DNA of 64,000 nucleotides from Alphaproteobacteria bacterium (GTDB lineage Bacteria; Pseudomonadota; Alphaproteobacteria; Rs-D84): NCBI GenBank assembly GCA_017463185.1, contig JAFTPS010000013.1, positions 3,826 to 67,825 of the forward strand, read 5' to 3'. Shown piece by piece: positions 39,123 to 47,867 of this stretch (position 1 is its first letter; each line of letters starts with the position of its first letter). The notes under the pieces were generated by a model. It saw only the letters and a program-made list of their open reading frames with translations, ran no database searches and was not told where the DNA came from. The position numbers and the translations under genes were made by a program.

Positions 39123-39839
39123 ATGGCAACACGTAGTAAAAAATGGTGGATTATTCATTGCGGTGCTGGGGTTGTGGCGGCTGTTTTGTTGGCTGTCAGC
39201 ATAACACAGTGCAGTGGTAAAAAATCCGAACGTCACGAGAAAGAAAAAGCGCAGACAGAAGTTGCAGGTGCGGCTGAAAAATTAAATAAAGCGGCGGCAA
39301 GAATTGACAGTTTGTTAAATGTCAATCGTGGCTTGGGTCAAGATAATCGTGCCAAGGCGGATACAATTCGTATGCAACGTGATTCTATTGCGACATTGAA
39401 TGATTCAATTGTTGTGCTGAATGATTCCTTGGGGGTTGTGAACGGCCAGTTGACTGATTGTCGCAATGGCCAAAGAAAGCCGACCAAGCCGACTAAACCA
39501 ACAAAGCCATGCAAACCATGTCGCCCGGCTAAACCAACAAAGCCGGTTGTGGTAAAGCCTGACACACTTGTTGTTGTGGTCGGTCCCGATTCTGTTGCAC
39601 GTGGTGGCAATGTGCGTGTGGAAATGGACAATTCCCGCAATAATGGCAATGTTGTGATTGCGCCAACAAATGTCAATCAAACAGAAGTTGTTTTGCGCGA
39701 CGGCAGTGTAAATAATGGCAATATTGTTGTTGGCAACAATAACAATGTTGTTGTGAATAATATTGCTGATACTTTGCGTGCGTACCAGTCATCTTGTGCC
39801 AAGATAAAGGTGACAAAACGCATTGTTCGCGTCAAATAA
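39123..39839 (+). CDS. Membrane-anchored coiled-coil protein with (KPT)n linker and Asn/Val-rich C-terminal region
   Basis: N-terminal TM segment (WWIIHCGAGVVAAVLLAVSITQC), a heptad-like segment, KPTKPTKPTKPCKPCRPAKPTKP, then GNVVIAPTNVNQTEVVLRDGSVNNGNIVVGNNNNVVVNN. Confidence 0.6.
   Translation: MATRSKKWWIIHCGAGVVAAVLLAVSITQCSGKKSERHEKEKAQTEVAGAAEKLNKAAARIDSLLNVNRGLGQDNRAKADTIRMQRDSIATLNDSIVVLNDSLGVVNGQLTDCRNGQRKPTKPTKPTKPCKPCRPAKPTKPVVVKPDTLVVVVGPDSVARGGNVRVEMDNSRNNGNVVIAPTNVNQTEVVLRDGSVNNGNIVVGNNNNVVVNNIADTLRAYQSSCAKIKVTKRIVRVK
39475..39546 (+). repeat. Tandem 9-bp (Lys-Pro-Thr) coding repeats
   Basis: aagccgacc aagccgact aaaccaaca aagcca...aaaccaaca aagccg. Confidence 0.8.
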
Positions 39840-39866
39840 TTTATTCATTGTTTGTCCTTTGTTTCG

Positions 39867-39892
39867 GTCCGCAGTTTTGCGGACTTTTTTTT
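39867..39892 (+). terminator. Rho-independent terminator
   Basis: GTCCGCAgtttTGCGGAC followed by T8. Confidence 0.85.
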
Positions 39893-39958
39893 ATGCGTTT
39901 TTTATCTGGACAGATAACGGGGGCTGTGATAACATTTATTTGTATAGAGAGAATATAT

Positions 39959-42900
39959 ATGAAACGTATCAAAATTTTTCTGATTTCATTATTTATGGCG
40001 ACGGCGGCTAACGCAGCTAGCGGTGATTTTATGATGGCGGCGCAATTGTTGGCAGCGGCTAAAAGTGCCGATATTCAGCAGGTGCAAAGCCTGGTCAATA
40101 ATGGGGCGAATATAAATTTTGTGGATTCAACGGGGCTGTCTATTGTTTGTACGGCGTTGATGAACAATGATGTGCGCGCGGCACAAATCTTGCAAATGTA
40201 TGGGGCGGATGCGTCTAGATGCGACAGTCAAATCAAACAGTATAATAAAAAAAATAAATCAAAGGGCAGTGGTGGATTGTTTAGCGGACTGTCGTCTGCC
40301 CAGACCATAAGTTTAGCGGCGGCGGGGGCCGCCGTTGTTGTAGGGGGACTGTTTTTATTGACAGATGTGTTTGATCCGGGTAATGACAACGAATCGGGGA
40401 CGTCTGGTGGAAATCGTCCAGATAATAATAATGGTGGTGGTTCATCTGGGGGGGCAGGAACAGCTTTTGTGACTGTGCCATACAGTCCGGCATATCTGGG
40501 GACTGATGGTAATGTGACGACCAGTGATGCCACATATCAGGCGAATTTATTGGAATGGGACCCTTCTGCGGGCGGTGTGCGCGAGTGGGACTTTAATTAT
40601 TTTCGCCCCACGGTTCAGACAGAAAATAATTATTTGGTGGATGGGATAAAATTACCAATGCAGAACTATTTGCTGATGATGCACGGATACGCTGCGTTTG
40701 CAAATGAATATCTGGGCCAGAAAATATTCCGTAATGAAATAACCAATAATCCTGTATTGGTGGCGAATGACGCCGGTGGTGGCGTGCCGGTGATTGTGGG
40801 ATTGGTGACGGCAAATGGTGTAAATGCGACGGGGGCGGCCGCACGTGGTGATGGAATAGAATACGCAAACAGTGCAGCGGCTGATGCGACGACTTATTTG
40901 CTGGATAAATATTTGAATTATAATAATCCCTCGTCCGGTGTGCTGGGGGCGGAAATTGCGGGTTTTGATTTTTCGGGTTCTGGGACCGCGATGAATCCGT
41001 TCGCGTCTGCATATGACAGTGCGCTGGGGAAAATCGTTGCAGGTTGGAACGCGGGCGGTCGCTCGTACGGTGATTTATTTGGTTTTGTGCCAAATGGTCG
41101 CCTGGGGGTGTACAGAACCGGTGGTGGCACCGAATGGATATCCATTGCTGACCCAACGGCGGGGGGCGCGGTTGGGACCCTGACCGATGTTGATGGCACC
41201 GCCGGCGTGATAGAGGCTGGTGATACAATCACCATAAATGGTATAACATATAATATAGAATCTGCATTGACCGATACCACGGTCGTAAATCCAACTATTA
41301 CGGTCAATGGCACAACATATAAATTGGCGGATGGTACAAATATGTTAAAGGGTGTCTGTACCAGTGATACCGACGGGGCATGTGATGATGTTTCCGATAT
41401 TGCGATTTATGTTGGTGTGGAAAGTGCGGGTAACAGCAAGTATTATTATGTAAATACCACCGGTGGTGACACGGTGGATGCTGTTTATACGGTAGATTCT
41501 AATAATATTTACAAACAAAAAGAATTGGTTGATTCCGATTATAAAAATTTCCAGGCTTTGTATGCGGGACGTTCGGTCAGTAATGTGTTGGCAAATGTTT
41601 CTGTAATAGAACCATCACGTGATGCTAATTATTTGACTGTGAATGAAATGCCGGCTTTATTAGCGTTAAGTTCCGCCAGTGACACCGAAACATTTATGGC
41701 ACAAATAGATTCCGTTTATGACCGCAATAGCGCGGATACTATGACCCAGGGTGCATATGCAAATTCTATGTTTAATGGATATGGGGCGTCTTCTCCAATT
41801 TTGGTTATGCCGGCCGGTGAATTTGAATTTGGCAGTGGGACTGGAAAATCTTTGTCCGTGTTGGATGCTACTTTTGAAAATTATGCACCGGTAATATATG
41901 GGGCAAATTTGGAACATAACTTTATGACCGTGGTTGCGGTTCAGCATTCAGTGGGTACCACGGCGGCTGGTTCAATTGGTGCGTATGGTAATGGAATTGG
42001 GGATAATTATGGGCCACTGTATTTATCTATGTGGACCGATACCCAGGGTACAGATAATACCGACGATGATGTTTTATATTCCGCGCGTAAATGTGGTGTC
42101 GCTGGATTGGGAATAAATGGTATTGACCCGTGGTGTTTTTCCGCCGCCGGTGCGACATCTGAAATGGCCACCGCCAGTGCCGCTGGTGCTGTTGCCGCAC
42201 TGAAAGGCGCGTTTGATTATATGAGTAATAAACAAATATTTTATTTAATGGCCCTGACCGCTGACGGTTGGATGCTGGGGACGGATGACAGTGGCACGGC
42301 ATTTACATCCGATACTTTGGCAAATTATTTACAGGCTATGTATTCTTTGCCACCCGAATATTATGCCGATACACTGGATTCAGAAGCGTATCTGGCCGCC
42401 TTTGCAGAAGTGTATGGTTATGGCCTGATAAATCTGGACCGCGCAATGCGCCCCAATCACAAGGTTTATTATTATAATGGAACGGATATTGTTTCGGCTG
42501 ATGGAAATGCATATTGGCGGGCCGCTTCAAATACGGCATTTCGGTCGTCGTCGGTACTGAATCCACGCGGGGTATCTATTGCGGCACCGTTCTTTGATAT
42601 TTTGGAAAGTGTTGATGGCAAAATGTCTTTGCCACGCGTGTGGGAAAATTCGTTTGCGCTGGGGGCGGCTGATGCGCGGGCGTTATATATGGGTGATGTG
42701 TTGGGCGAACTGACCACGCGTCGCGATACGGCGCGTCGTGTTCAGATCGGAAATATTGGTTTTTCAATGGCTATGTCTGAGCGCGCATATGTTGATAATA
42801 TGAATGGCTTGGATAATATGTCGTTGGATTATCGTATTGGTAATTGGAATTTTGGTGCGTCGTATCAGCATTACTTTACCGATGGGGTATCGCGTTTTAC

Positions 42901-43687
42901 GGGGTTGTCTAATCCTGTGTTGGGATTGGCGACGAATGTTGTGACATCGGACGTGGCATATAACTTTGGTAATTGGACTTTTGGAACGCGGGCGTTTTCT
43001 GGGGCTATAACGGACGAGGGTTTATTAGAAAATGATCCGACTATTTCATCGCAGTATATGCCAGCAAAGTTAGGTTTGATGCAGGGGGCGGAATCTAATG
43101 TTGGGTGGAAAAACGATAAATTTATGTTTTCAGCATCTGTTGGTACGGCTGTGGAATCCGATACCCTGTTGGGGGCGCAAAGTGGTGGCCTGTTAAATCT
43201 GGGGACGGGTGATACGACATATGTTGATGCGTTGGCAAAATATAATGTCGCAGATGATATTACACTGACGGCGCGTGCAACATTTGCGCGCACGGTGTCC
43301 GATGCGTCGGGTGAATTTATTCTGGGGTTGACGGATATAGAATCAAATGCATTTGCTTTGGGGGCCAGTATTGGAAACTTTGATTTTGCCGTGTCGCAAC
43401 CGTTAGCGGTGCATCGCGGGGCATTGCGCTATGCTGCGGCCGACTATGAAATTGTGGATGATTTGAATGGGGGGTACGAATTAAATATTGTTGATACACG
43501 TATTGCGGATTTATCCCTGCGTCCGGAAAGTCGTGAAATGCGGTTTAATATGACTTATCGCCATAATTTTGGTGAATTTACCGATGGGGCAATTGGATTT
43601 ATATATCGCATAAATCCAAACCATACGGATGAATTTGGTAATGAGTCTATATTTATGATGAAATTGACACATAGGCTCGGAATATAA
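39959..43687 (+). CDS. 1242-aa secreted protein: ankyrin repeat(s), subtilase(S8)-like segment, C-terminal autotransporter-like beta-barrel
   Basis: ATG at 39959 gives MKRIKIFLISLFMATAANA. LLAAAKSADIQQVQSLVNNGANINFVDSTGLSIVCTAL..NDVRAAQILQMYGADA is ANK. GATSEMATASAAGAVAAL...VYGYGLINLDRAM resembles the subtilase Ser motif. The last 300 aa or so have an alternating beta-strand pattern. Confidence 0.6.
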   Translation: MKRIKIFLISLFMATAANAASGDFMMAAQLLAAAKSADIQQVQSLVNNGANINFVDSTGLSIVCTALMNNDVRAAQILQMYGADASRCDSQIKQYNKKNKSKGSGGLFSGLSSAQTISLAAAGAAVVVGGLFLLTDVFDPGNDNESGTSGGNRPDNNNGGGSSGGAGTAFVTVPYSPAYLGTDGNVTTSDATYQANLLEWDPSAGGVREWDFNYFRPTVQTENNYLVDGIKLPMQNYLLMMHGYAAFANEYLGQKIFRNEITNNPVLVANDAGGGVPVIVGLVTANGVNATGAAARGDGIEYANSAAADATTYLLDKYLNYNNPSSGVLGAEIAGFDFSGSGTAMNPFASAYDSALGKIVAGWNAGGRSYGDLFGFVPNGRLGVYRTGGGTEWISIADPTAGGAVGTLTDVDGTAGVIEAGDTITINGITYNIESALTDTTVVNPTITVNGTTYKLADGTNMLKGVCTSDTDGACDDVSDIAIYVGVESAGNSKYYYVNTTGGDTVDAVYTVDSNNIYKQKELVDSDYKNFQALYAGRSVSNVLANVSVIEPSRDANYLTVNEMPALLALSSASDTETFMAQIDSVYDRNSADTMTQGAYANSMFNGYGASSPILVMPAGEFEFGSGTGKSLSVLDATFENYAPVIYGANLEHNFMTVVAVQHSVGTTAAGSIGAYGNGIGDNYGPLYLSMWTDTQGTDNTDDDVLYSARKCGVAGLGINGIDPWCFSAAGATSEMATASAAGAVAALKGAFDYMSNKQIFYLMALTADGWMLGTDDSGTAFTSDTLANYLQAMYSLPPEYYADTLDSEAYLAAFAEVYGYGLINLDRAMRPNHKVYYYNGTDIVSADGNAYWRAASNTAFRSSSVLNPRGVSIAAPFFDILESVDGKMSLPRVWENSFALGAADARALYMGDVLGELTTRRDTARRVQIGNIGFSMAMSERAYVDNMNGLDNMSLDYRIGNWNFGASYQHYFTDGVSRFTGLSNPVLGLATNVVTSDVAYNFGNWTFGTRAFSGAITDEGLLENDPTISSQYMPAKLGLMQGAESNVGWKNDKFMFSASVGTAVESDTLLGAQSGGLLNLGTGDTTYVDALAKYNVADDITLTARATFARTVSDASGEFILGLTDIESNAFALGASIGNFDFAVSQPLAVHRGALRYAAADYEIVDDLNGGYELNIVDTRIADLSLRPESREMRFNMTYRHNFGEFTDGAIGFIYRINPNHTDEFGNESIFMMKLTHRLGI

Positions 43688-43711
43688 AAATCCCCCGAAT
43701 GGGGGATTTTT
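43686..43711 (+). terminator. Rho-independent terminator
   Basis: ATCCCCCgaatGGGGGAT followed by T5. Confidence 0.85.
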
Positions 43712-43791
43712 ATGAAAAGTTGTGGAAAATAATTTTTATTGTCTTTTATTTATTTGGGTATATTATTGTGTGACAATAAAAAGGATTTTGT

Positions 43792-44205
43792 ATGAATTTT
43801 ACAATAGTTGTTGATTATGTAAAAAATTTATTCCCGGGTCGCGCCCCGGTCGCCCCCAGTGATAATCCGGTGGCGGATGCCAATGTTTTAGCGCATTTGT
43901 CAAATAATATGTTTTATACCGTTGCGTCAAACGGTAATTCATATTGGTATTATTTTGTAAATGATGATAGCGATTTGAATCTTGCTAAATATATCCTGCG
44001 CAGCAATGGGATAAGGGTTGAAAAACATAACAGTCATTATTTCTGGGGTGAACGCCAGCCTGTATTGCGTGTGCGTCGCTATTTGTTGCGTGGCAATATT
44101 GGCGCCCAGAATTTTGTGGAACGGTTGATGACGATAAATACGGCCAGCCTGGAACAAAAGGCAATAGATTCCCGTATTGCAGCAGTGAAACAGAAATTGA
44201 AATAA
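43792..44205 (+). CDS. Hypothetical protein
   Basis: 137 aa, RBS aaaagga. No motif recognised. Confidence 0.5.
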   Translation: MNFTIVVDYVKNLFPGRAPVAPSDNPVADANVLAHLSNNMFYTVASNGNSYWYYFVNDDSDLNLAKYILRSNGIRVEKHNSHYFWGERQPVLRVRRYLLRGNIGAQNFVERLMTINTASLEQKAIDSRIAAVKQKLK

Positions 44206-44232
44206 AAAATCGCCCGTTTGGGCGATTTTTTA
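44206..44232 (+). terminator. Rho-independent terminator (near-identical to 46621-46648)
   Basis: aaaaaATCGCCCgtttGGGCGATttttttat. Confidence 0.85.
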
Positions 44233-44273
44233 TTTGAATGAGCAAAGAGCAATTAAAAATTCTGTTTATAGTA

Positions 44274-44306
44274 TCTATCACTAATAACAAATAACCAATA
44301 ACTAAT
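44274..44306. repeat. Degenerate CACTAA-type remnant (cassette right-IR-like)
   Basis: tcactaataacaaataaccaataactaatgc, soon after a terminator. Confidence 0.35.
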
Positions 44307-44329
44307 GCACTATTGTATTAAATTTATGA

Positions 44330-44358
44330 TTGAAAAAGTGGGGGCGGGGTGCTATAAT
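44330..44358 (+). promoter_or_regulatory. Sigma70 promoter (TTGAAA-17-TATAAT) for leader copy B
   Basis: ttgaaa at 44330-44335, tataat at 44353-44358. Confidence 0.6.
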
Positions 44359-44364
44359 GCGAGT

Positions 44365-44603
44365 GTCAACGGGATTTTTCGTTGATGGGGTGTGAGAACC
44401 CGGGCAACAAGCGTCTATGGATGAAGTAAGGGGCGCGCCATTTTATGGGCGTGTTTTTTGTGTCATAGATGAACAGAAAACTCCTGACCACTGGTCAGGA
44501 GGGCTTGCGATATATATAAATAAGCAGCACAATACTTGTTGATTGTTCTCAACCTCCTGACCGTCTGAAATTATTCGGCGGTTTTTCTATTGGGGGAAAT
44601 AAA
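44365..44603 (+). promoter_or_regulatory. Conserved structured 5' leader, copy B (homolog of 14973-15218)
   Basis: Core at 44477-44588: CUCCUGACC-acu-GGUCAGGAG, a conserved AU-rich middle, then CCUCCUGACCGUC with a terminator-like hairpin and U-run. The RBS ggggga and ATG at 44604 follow. Confidence 0.55.
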
Positions 44604-44807
44604 ATGTTGAGAGTATTTTTATTTGTACTGTTTACCGTAATGGGTGCACACGCTGAATCTGTATCTATTGCAGGGACCTCGTATGTTGATACGGCGGTAT
44701 CAAGCAAGGTTGACACCGCCGCAACTGCGAGTCAAGAAATGGCCGGCTCGTACACTGTGTCGGGGACGTTGGTTGTTCCCACCCCACCGTTGCCCACCGC
44801 AGAGTAA
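44604..44807 (+). CDS. Small secreted protein (67 aa)
   Basis: Signal peptide MLRVFLFVLFTVMGAHA. SYVDTAVSSK motif is shared with the N-terminus of the next gene (EYIHNAIQNK). Pro-rich tail. Confidence 0.55.
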   Translation: MLRVFLFVLFTVMGAHAESVSIAGTSYVDTAVSSKVDTAATASQEMAGSYTVSGTLVVPTPPLPTAE

Positions 44808-44828
44808 AATAACAGGAGTCGGCCACCT

Positions 44829-46622
44829 ATGAAAAAGTTTATAATGTTTTGTATCGGTATATTTACCGTATTATCTGCGTATTCAGCACAGATAGTGAAT
44901 GTGGAATATATCCATAACGCGATTCAGAATAAATGGGATATAAGCCTGCCTTATAATAGTGAACTAAGTGAACCGCGCGTTGCGGCAAATATGAAATATT
45001 TACTGACCGCAGTTGATGTAGCGAACCAGGTAGTAAATGGAGCCGCGATTACGGACTATGGCAATGGAGAATATGCGACAATGGTTGCTGCTGATACGAT
45101 TGCGACGAACGCGGCTGTGGACGAGTTGATAACACAAAGTGGTTTAACATTTCGTACCACGTCGGACGCAACCAGTTTTTCTATTACTATATCGGCCACA
45201 GGGAACTTTACAATTGGATGGGGTGATGGTGTTGTAGAGACAATAGAAAGGACCGATACCACCGCCACCACATATTCACATACATACGATACTGCCAAAA
45301 CCCGTTATGTGAAACTGAGTGGTATGGCCACGGGGTATAATGTTAATGGTTTTGTTGCAAGTGTAAAAATTGGTACACCAACAAATATTGCGGGATTGTC
45401 AGGTTCATTGGGTGGGGTATTCCCAACATTGGATAGTGGTGAACAACCCAGTTTTTATGGTACATTTGGGGGGACAACAAATCTGACCAGCAGTATTCCC
45501 GCAGATTTATTTGATGGGGTCAAGGGGGCACCCCGCGAATATATGTTTGCAACATTATTTGATAACAGTGCAATTACTGGCTCAATTCCGTCAAATTTGT
45601 TTTCAGGGATTCAGGGCGCACCCGCCAAAGGTATGTTTGAATCAACTTTTCGTAATGCGTCGGGGTTGACCGGCTCAATCCCAGAGGATTTATTTGCGGG
45701 AATTTCCGGCAAGGCTCAGGATTATATATTTAATATGACATTTCGTGGTTGCAGTGGTTTAATTGGTTCTATTCCAGAAAATCTGTTCGCCGGGATTACT
45801 GGCGCACCAGGGGTTGCGTTTTTCTTTGCGACATTTCGTAATTGCAGTGGTTTAACTGGTTCTATTCCAGAAAATTTATTTGCCGGTATTGATGGTGCAC
45901 CACAGGAATCATGTTTTGCGGAAACTTTTGCATATTGTAGCAAGTTGACCGGAAAGATTCCCGAAAATCTGTTTGCCGGGGTCAAGGGTGCGCCCGCCGT
46001 TCAGATGTTCCACAGTACTTTTGCTGGTAATCGTAGAATGAGTGCGCCTATACCTGAAAACTTATTCGCCGGTATTGATGGTGCGCCTGCCGGCAGTATG
46101 TTTGCACAAACATTTGCGCAATCGGGAATATGTGGGGCGTTGCCCGAAAAACTGTTCGCGGGGGTAAGGGGGACGCCAGCACCAGCTATGTTCTATCAGA
46201 CATTTGTTGATTGTGGTGTATCGTCCATTCCAGCGGGACTGTTTGCCGGAATTCAAGGTGCACCCGCCAGCCAGATGTTTTATCGTACATTCCATTGGAA
46301 TTATGACTTTAATACAATTCCGGCGGGGCTGTTTGCGGGGATTGAGGGTGCACCCGCCAGTCAAATGTTCCAGGGTACATTTGATACCTGTCCAAATGTG
46401 ACATCAATTGGTGCGCCATTATTTGGAAATATATCGGGGGCTGCGGCATCAAATATGTTCTATGGAACGTTCAGTGGGGACAGTGGCCTGACCGGGGCGT
46501 CGGCCCAGTTGGCGGACGGGTCGTATTTGTACGAGAACTGGGAATTTACATCCGACCAGAATACATATAACGGCGCAACAAAATTGGATGACTATGAGAG
46601 TATGCCTGCGTATTGGAAATAA
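44829..46622 (+). CDS. Secreted repeat protein: PKD-like segment plus about 11 tandem 29-31-aa BspA/LRR_5-like repeats
   Basis: Signal peptide. FTIGWGDG...TYSHTYDTAKTRYVKLSG is PKD-like. The unit F..TF..CSGLTGSIPENLFAGI.GAP.... has its IP..LF motif at aa 223, 253, 284, 315, 346, 377, 408, 438, 467, 497 and 528. Confidence 0.7.
   Translation: MKKFIMFCIGIFTVLSAYSAQIVNVEYIHNAIQNKWDISLPYNSELSEPRVAANMKYLLTAVDVANQVVNGAAITDYGNGEYATMVAADTIATNAAVDELITQSGLTFRTTSDATSFSITISATGNFTIGWGDGVVETIERTDTTATTYSHTYDTAKTRYVKLSGMATGYNVNGFVASVKIGTPTNIAGLSGSLGGVFPTLDSGEQPSFYGTFGGTTNLTSSIPADLFDGVKGAPREYMFATLFDNSAITGSIPSNLFSGIQGAPAKGMFESTFRNASGLTGSIPEDLFAGISGKAQDYIFNMTFRGCSGLIGSIPENLFAGITGAPGVAFFFATFRNCSGLTGSIPENLFAGIDGAPQESCFAETFAYCSKLTGKIPENLFAGVKGAPAVQMFHSTFAGNRRMSAPIPENLFAGIDGAPAGSMFAQTFAQSGICGALPEKLFAGVRGTPAPAMFYQTFVDCGVSSIPAGLFAGIQGAPASQMFYRTFHWNYDFNTIPAGLFAGIEGAPASQMFQGTFDTCPNVTSIGAPLFGNISGAAASNMFYGTFSGDSGLTGASAQLADGSYLYENWEFTSDQNTYNGATKLDDYESMPAYWK
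45441..46493 (+). repeat. Tandem coding repeats with a period of about 93 nt
   Basis: attccagaaaatctgtt(c/t)gccgg(g/t)att... recurs. The protein-level period is 29-31 aa. Confidence 0.85.
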
Positions 46623-46648
46623 AAATCGCCCGTTTGGGCGATTTTTTA
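46621..46648. terminator. Bidirectional terminator (same hairpin as 44206-44232)
   Basis: aaaaATCGCCCgtttGGGCGATtttttta between convergent genes. Confidence 0.85.
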
Positions 46649-47725
46649 GTCTATTTGTACGGGGACTATGGTTTGGCGTTTAGCTGTGTCCAGTGGGTGG
46701 TACTGGAATGGGACCGTCGCAAAGTCTATGTTTTTCATATCAATGCTGCGAATCGTGCGATTATACATTGTGTGATAATAAATAACCTTGTTTGCCAGGT
46801 CCGTCGCCACGGTCCACTGGGTTGCCGATGGCATATTGTTTGGTGCACGGCCAACTGCAAACTGTACGCCCAGTGGCACATCAAAGTTATTCAGGATATG
46901 AAACGCCTGTTGCATGGTGTCATATGCGTTGTCTTGTTGCAGCGAATATGTTTTGAAAAATGCTGCACGGACAAAACGTGATGGTGGTGTAAAGTCCCCT
47001 GGTATCCCCAGAAAACCAGACCCAGATCCGAATGCACGCAGGGTAATTGGACCGAATTGGGTTGGACCCGCGCCACCCGGGTGCAAATTGACATAGTTGT
47101 TCAGATTGGTTATTTGCCATTGGAATCCGGGCGAGTTTGTCAGGACACCTATTTCATTTTCATAAAAGTTTGGAACGCCGTTCACGATTTCCATTACGAC
47201 CTGGCGACCCGATGGTTCGGTGATACGCCAATGTACGGTTGATGCGGATGGGTCTATATTGATAATGCGGATATCGTTGATTGCTGCTTTTACTTGGTCT
47301 ATGCTGGAAAAGCGTGACAGAATCCAGGAAACGACCTGAAAATCTGCCAGGGATATATCTTGGTCCATTTCATCGTACGGTTTGTATTCGCCATAGTTGG
47401 GGAAATAGAACAGGGCGGCGGACAGGCCTGCTTCGTTTGTGCCATCAACAACAAATTCTGGTTGTTGAACCGCCATACCGACATATCCATACAGGGCCTT
47501 GAATTTAAGGCCGCCGGCCGTACCATCGGGCAGTAAAGATTGCTGTTCGTGGTCGCGTGGGACGATTGCGTAAATGTTGTTCATTTCTGTGCCGGACCAG
47601 TCTATGGTTCGTGCGACGATGACATCATTGTTTTTGGATTTTAATGTGATGCCGGTACAGGCATCTGCGGATTGAGCCATTGCTACGCACGCAGCAACGA
47701 CGGCAAAAAATCTGAATGTGTGCAT
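46646..47725 (-). CDS. Secreted Ntn hydrolase of the choloylglycine hydrolase / penicillin V acylase family
   Basis: Signal peptide ...AMAQSADA followed by CTGITLKSKNNDVIVARTID. The nucleophile Cys with Arg at +16 and Asp at +19 has the same spacing as Cys2/Arg18/Asp21 of bile salt hydrolases. Confidence 0.8.
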   Translation of the reverse strand: MHTFRFFAVVAACVAMAQSADACTGITLKSKNNDVIVARTIDWSGTEMNNIYAIVPRDHEQQSLLPDGTAGGLKFKALYGYVGMAVQQPEFVVDGTNEAGLSAALFYFPNYGEYKPYDEMDQDISLADFQVVSWILSRFSSIDQVKAAINDIRIINIDPSASTVHWRITEPSGRQVVMEIVNGVPNFYENEIGVLTNSPGFQWQITNLNNYVNLHPGGAGPTQFGPITLRAFGSGSGFLGIPGDFTPPSRFVRAAFFKTYSLQQDNAYDTMQQAFHILNNFDVPLGVQFAVGRAPNNMPSATQWTVATDLANKVIYYHTMYNRTIRSIDMKNIDFATVPFQYHPLDTAKRQTIVPVQID

Positions 47726-47837
47726 TATTATAAGCCTCCCTTATGTATCAATTATTTATATTTTGATTGGATTATGCACTAGGACAGATTTCGGGAAAGA
47801 TATGCAAATACAAATCGTCGCACCACATTCCAAAAAT

Positions 47838-47866
47838 TAAAACGCCCACATGGGGCGTTTGAATCT
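47838..47866 (-). terminator. Terminator downstream of tRNA-Gln
   Basis: AACGCCCcatgtGGGCGTT hairpin (minus-strand reading) with a U-run. Confidence 0.7.
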
Positions 47867-47867
47867 T

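Noticed and set aside
39794-39958. 5' extension of the giant ORF (track start at 39794)
   Set aside because: The extension overlaps the upstream gene's 3' end and its terminator (39867-39892). The ATG at 39959 yields a proper signal peptide.
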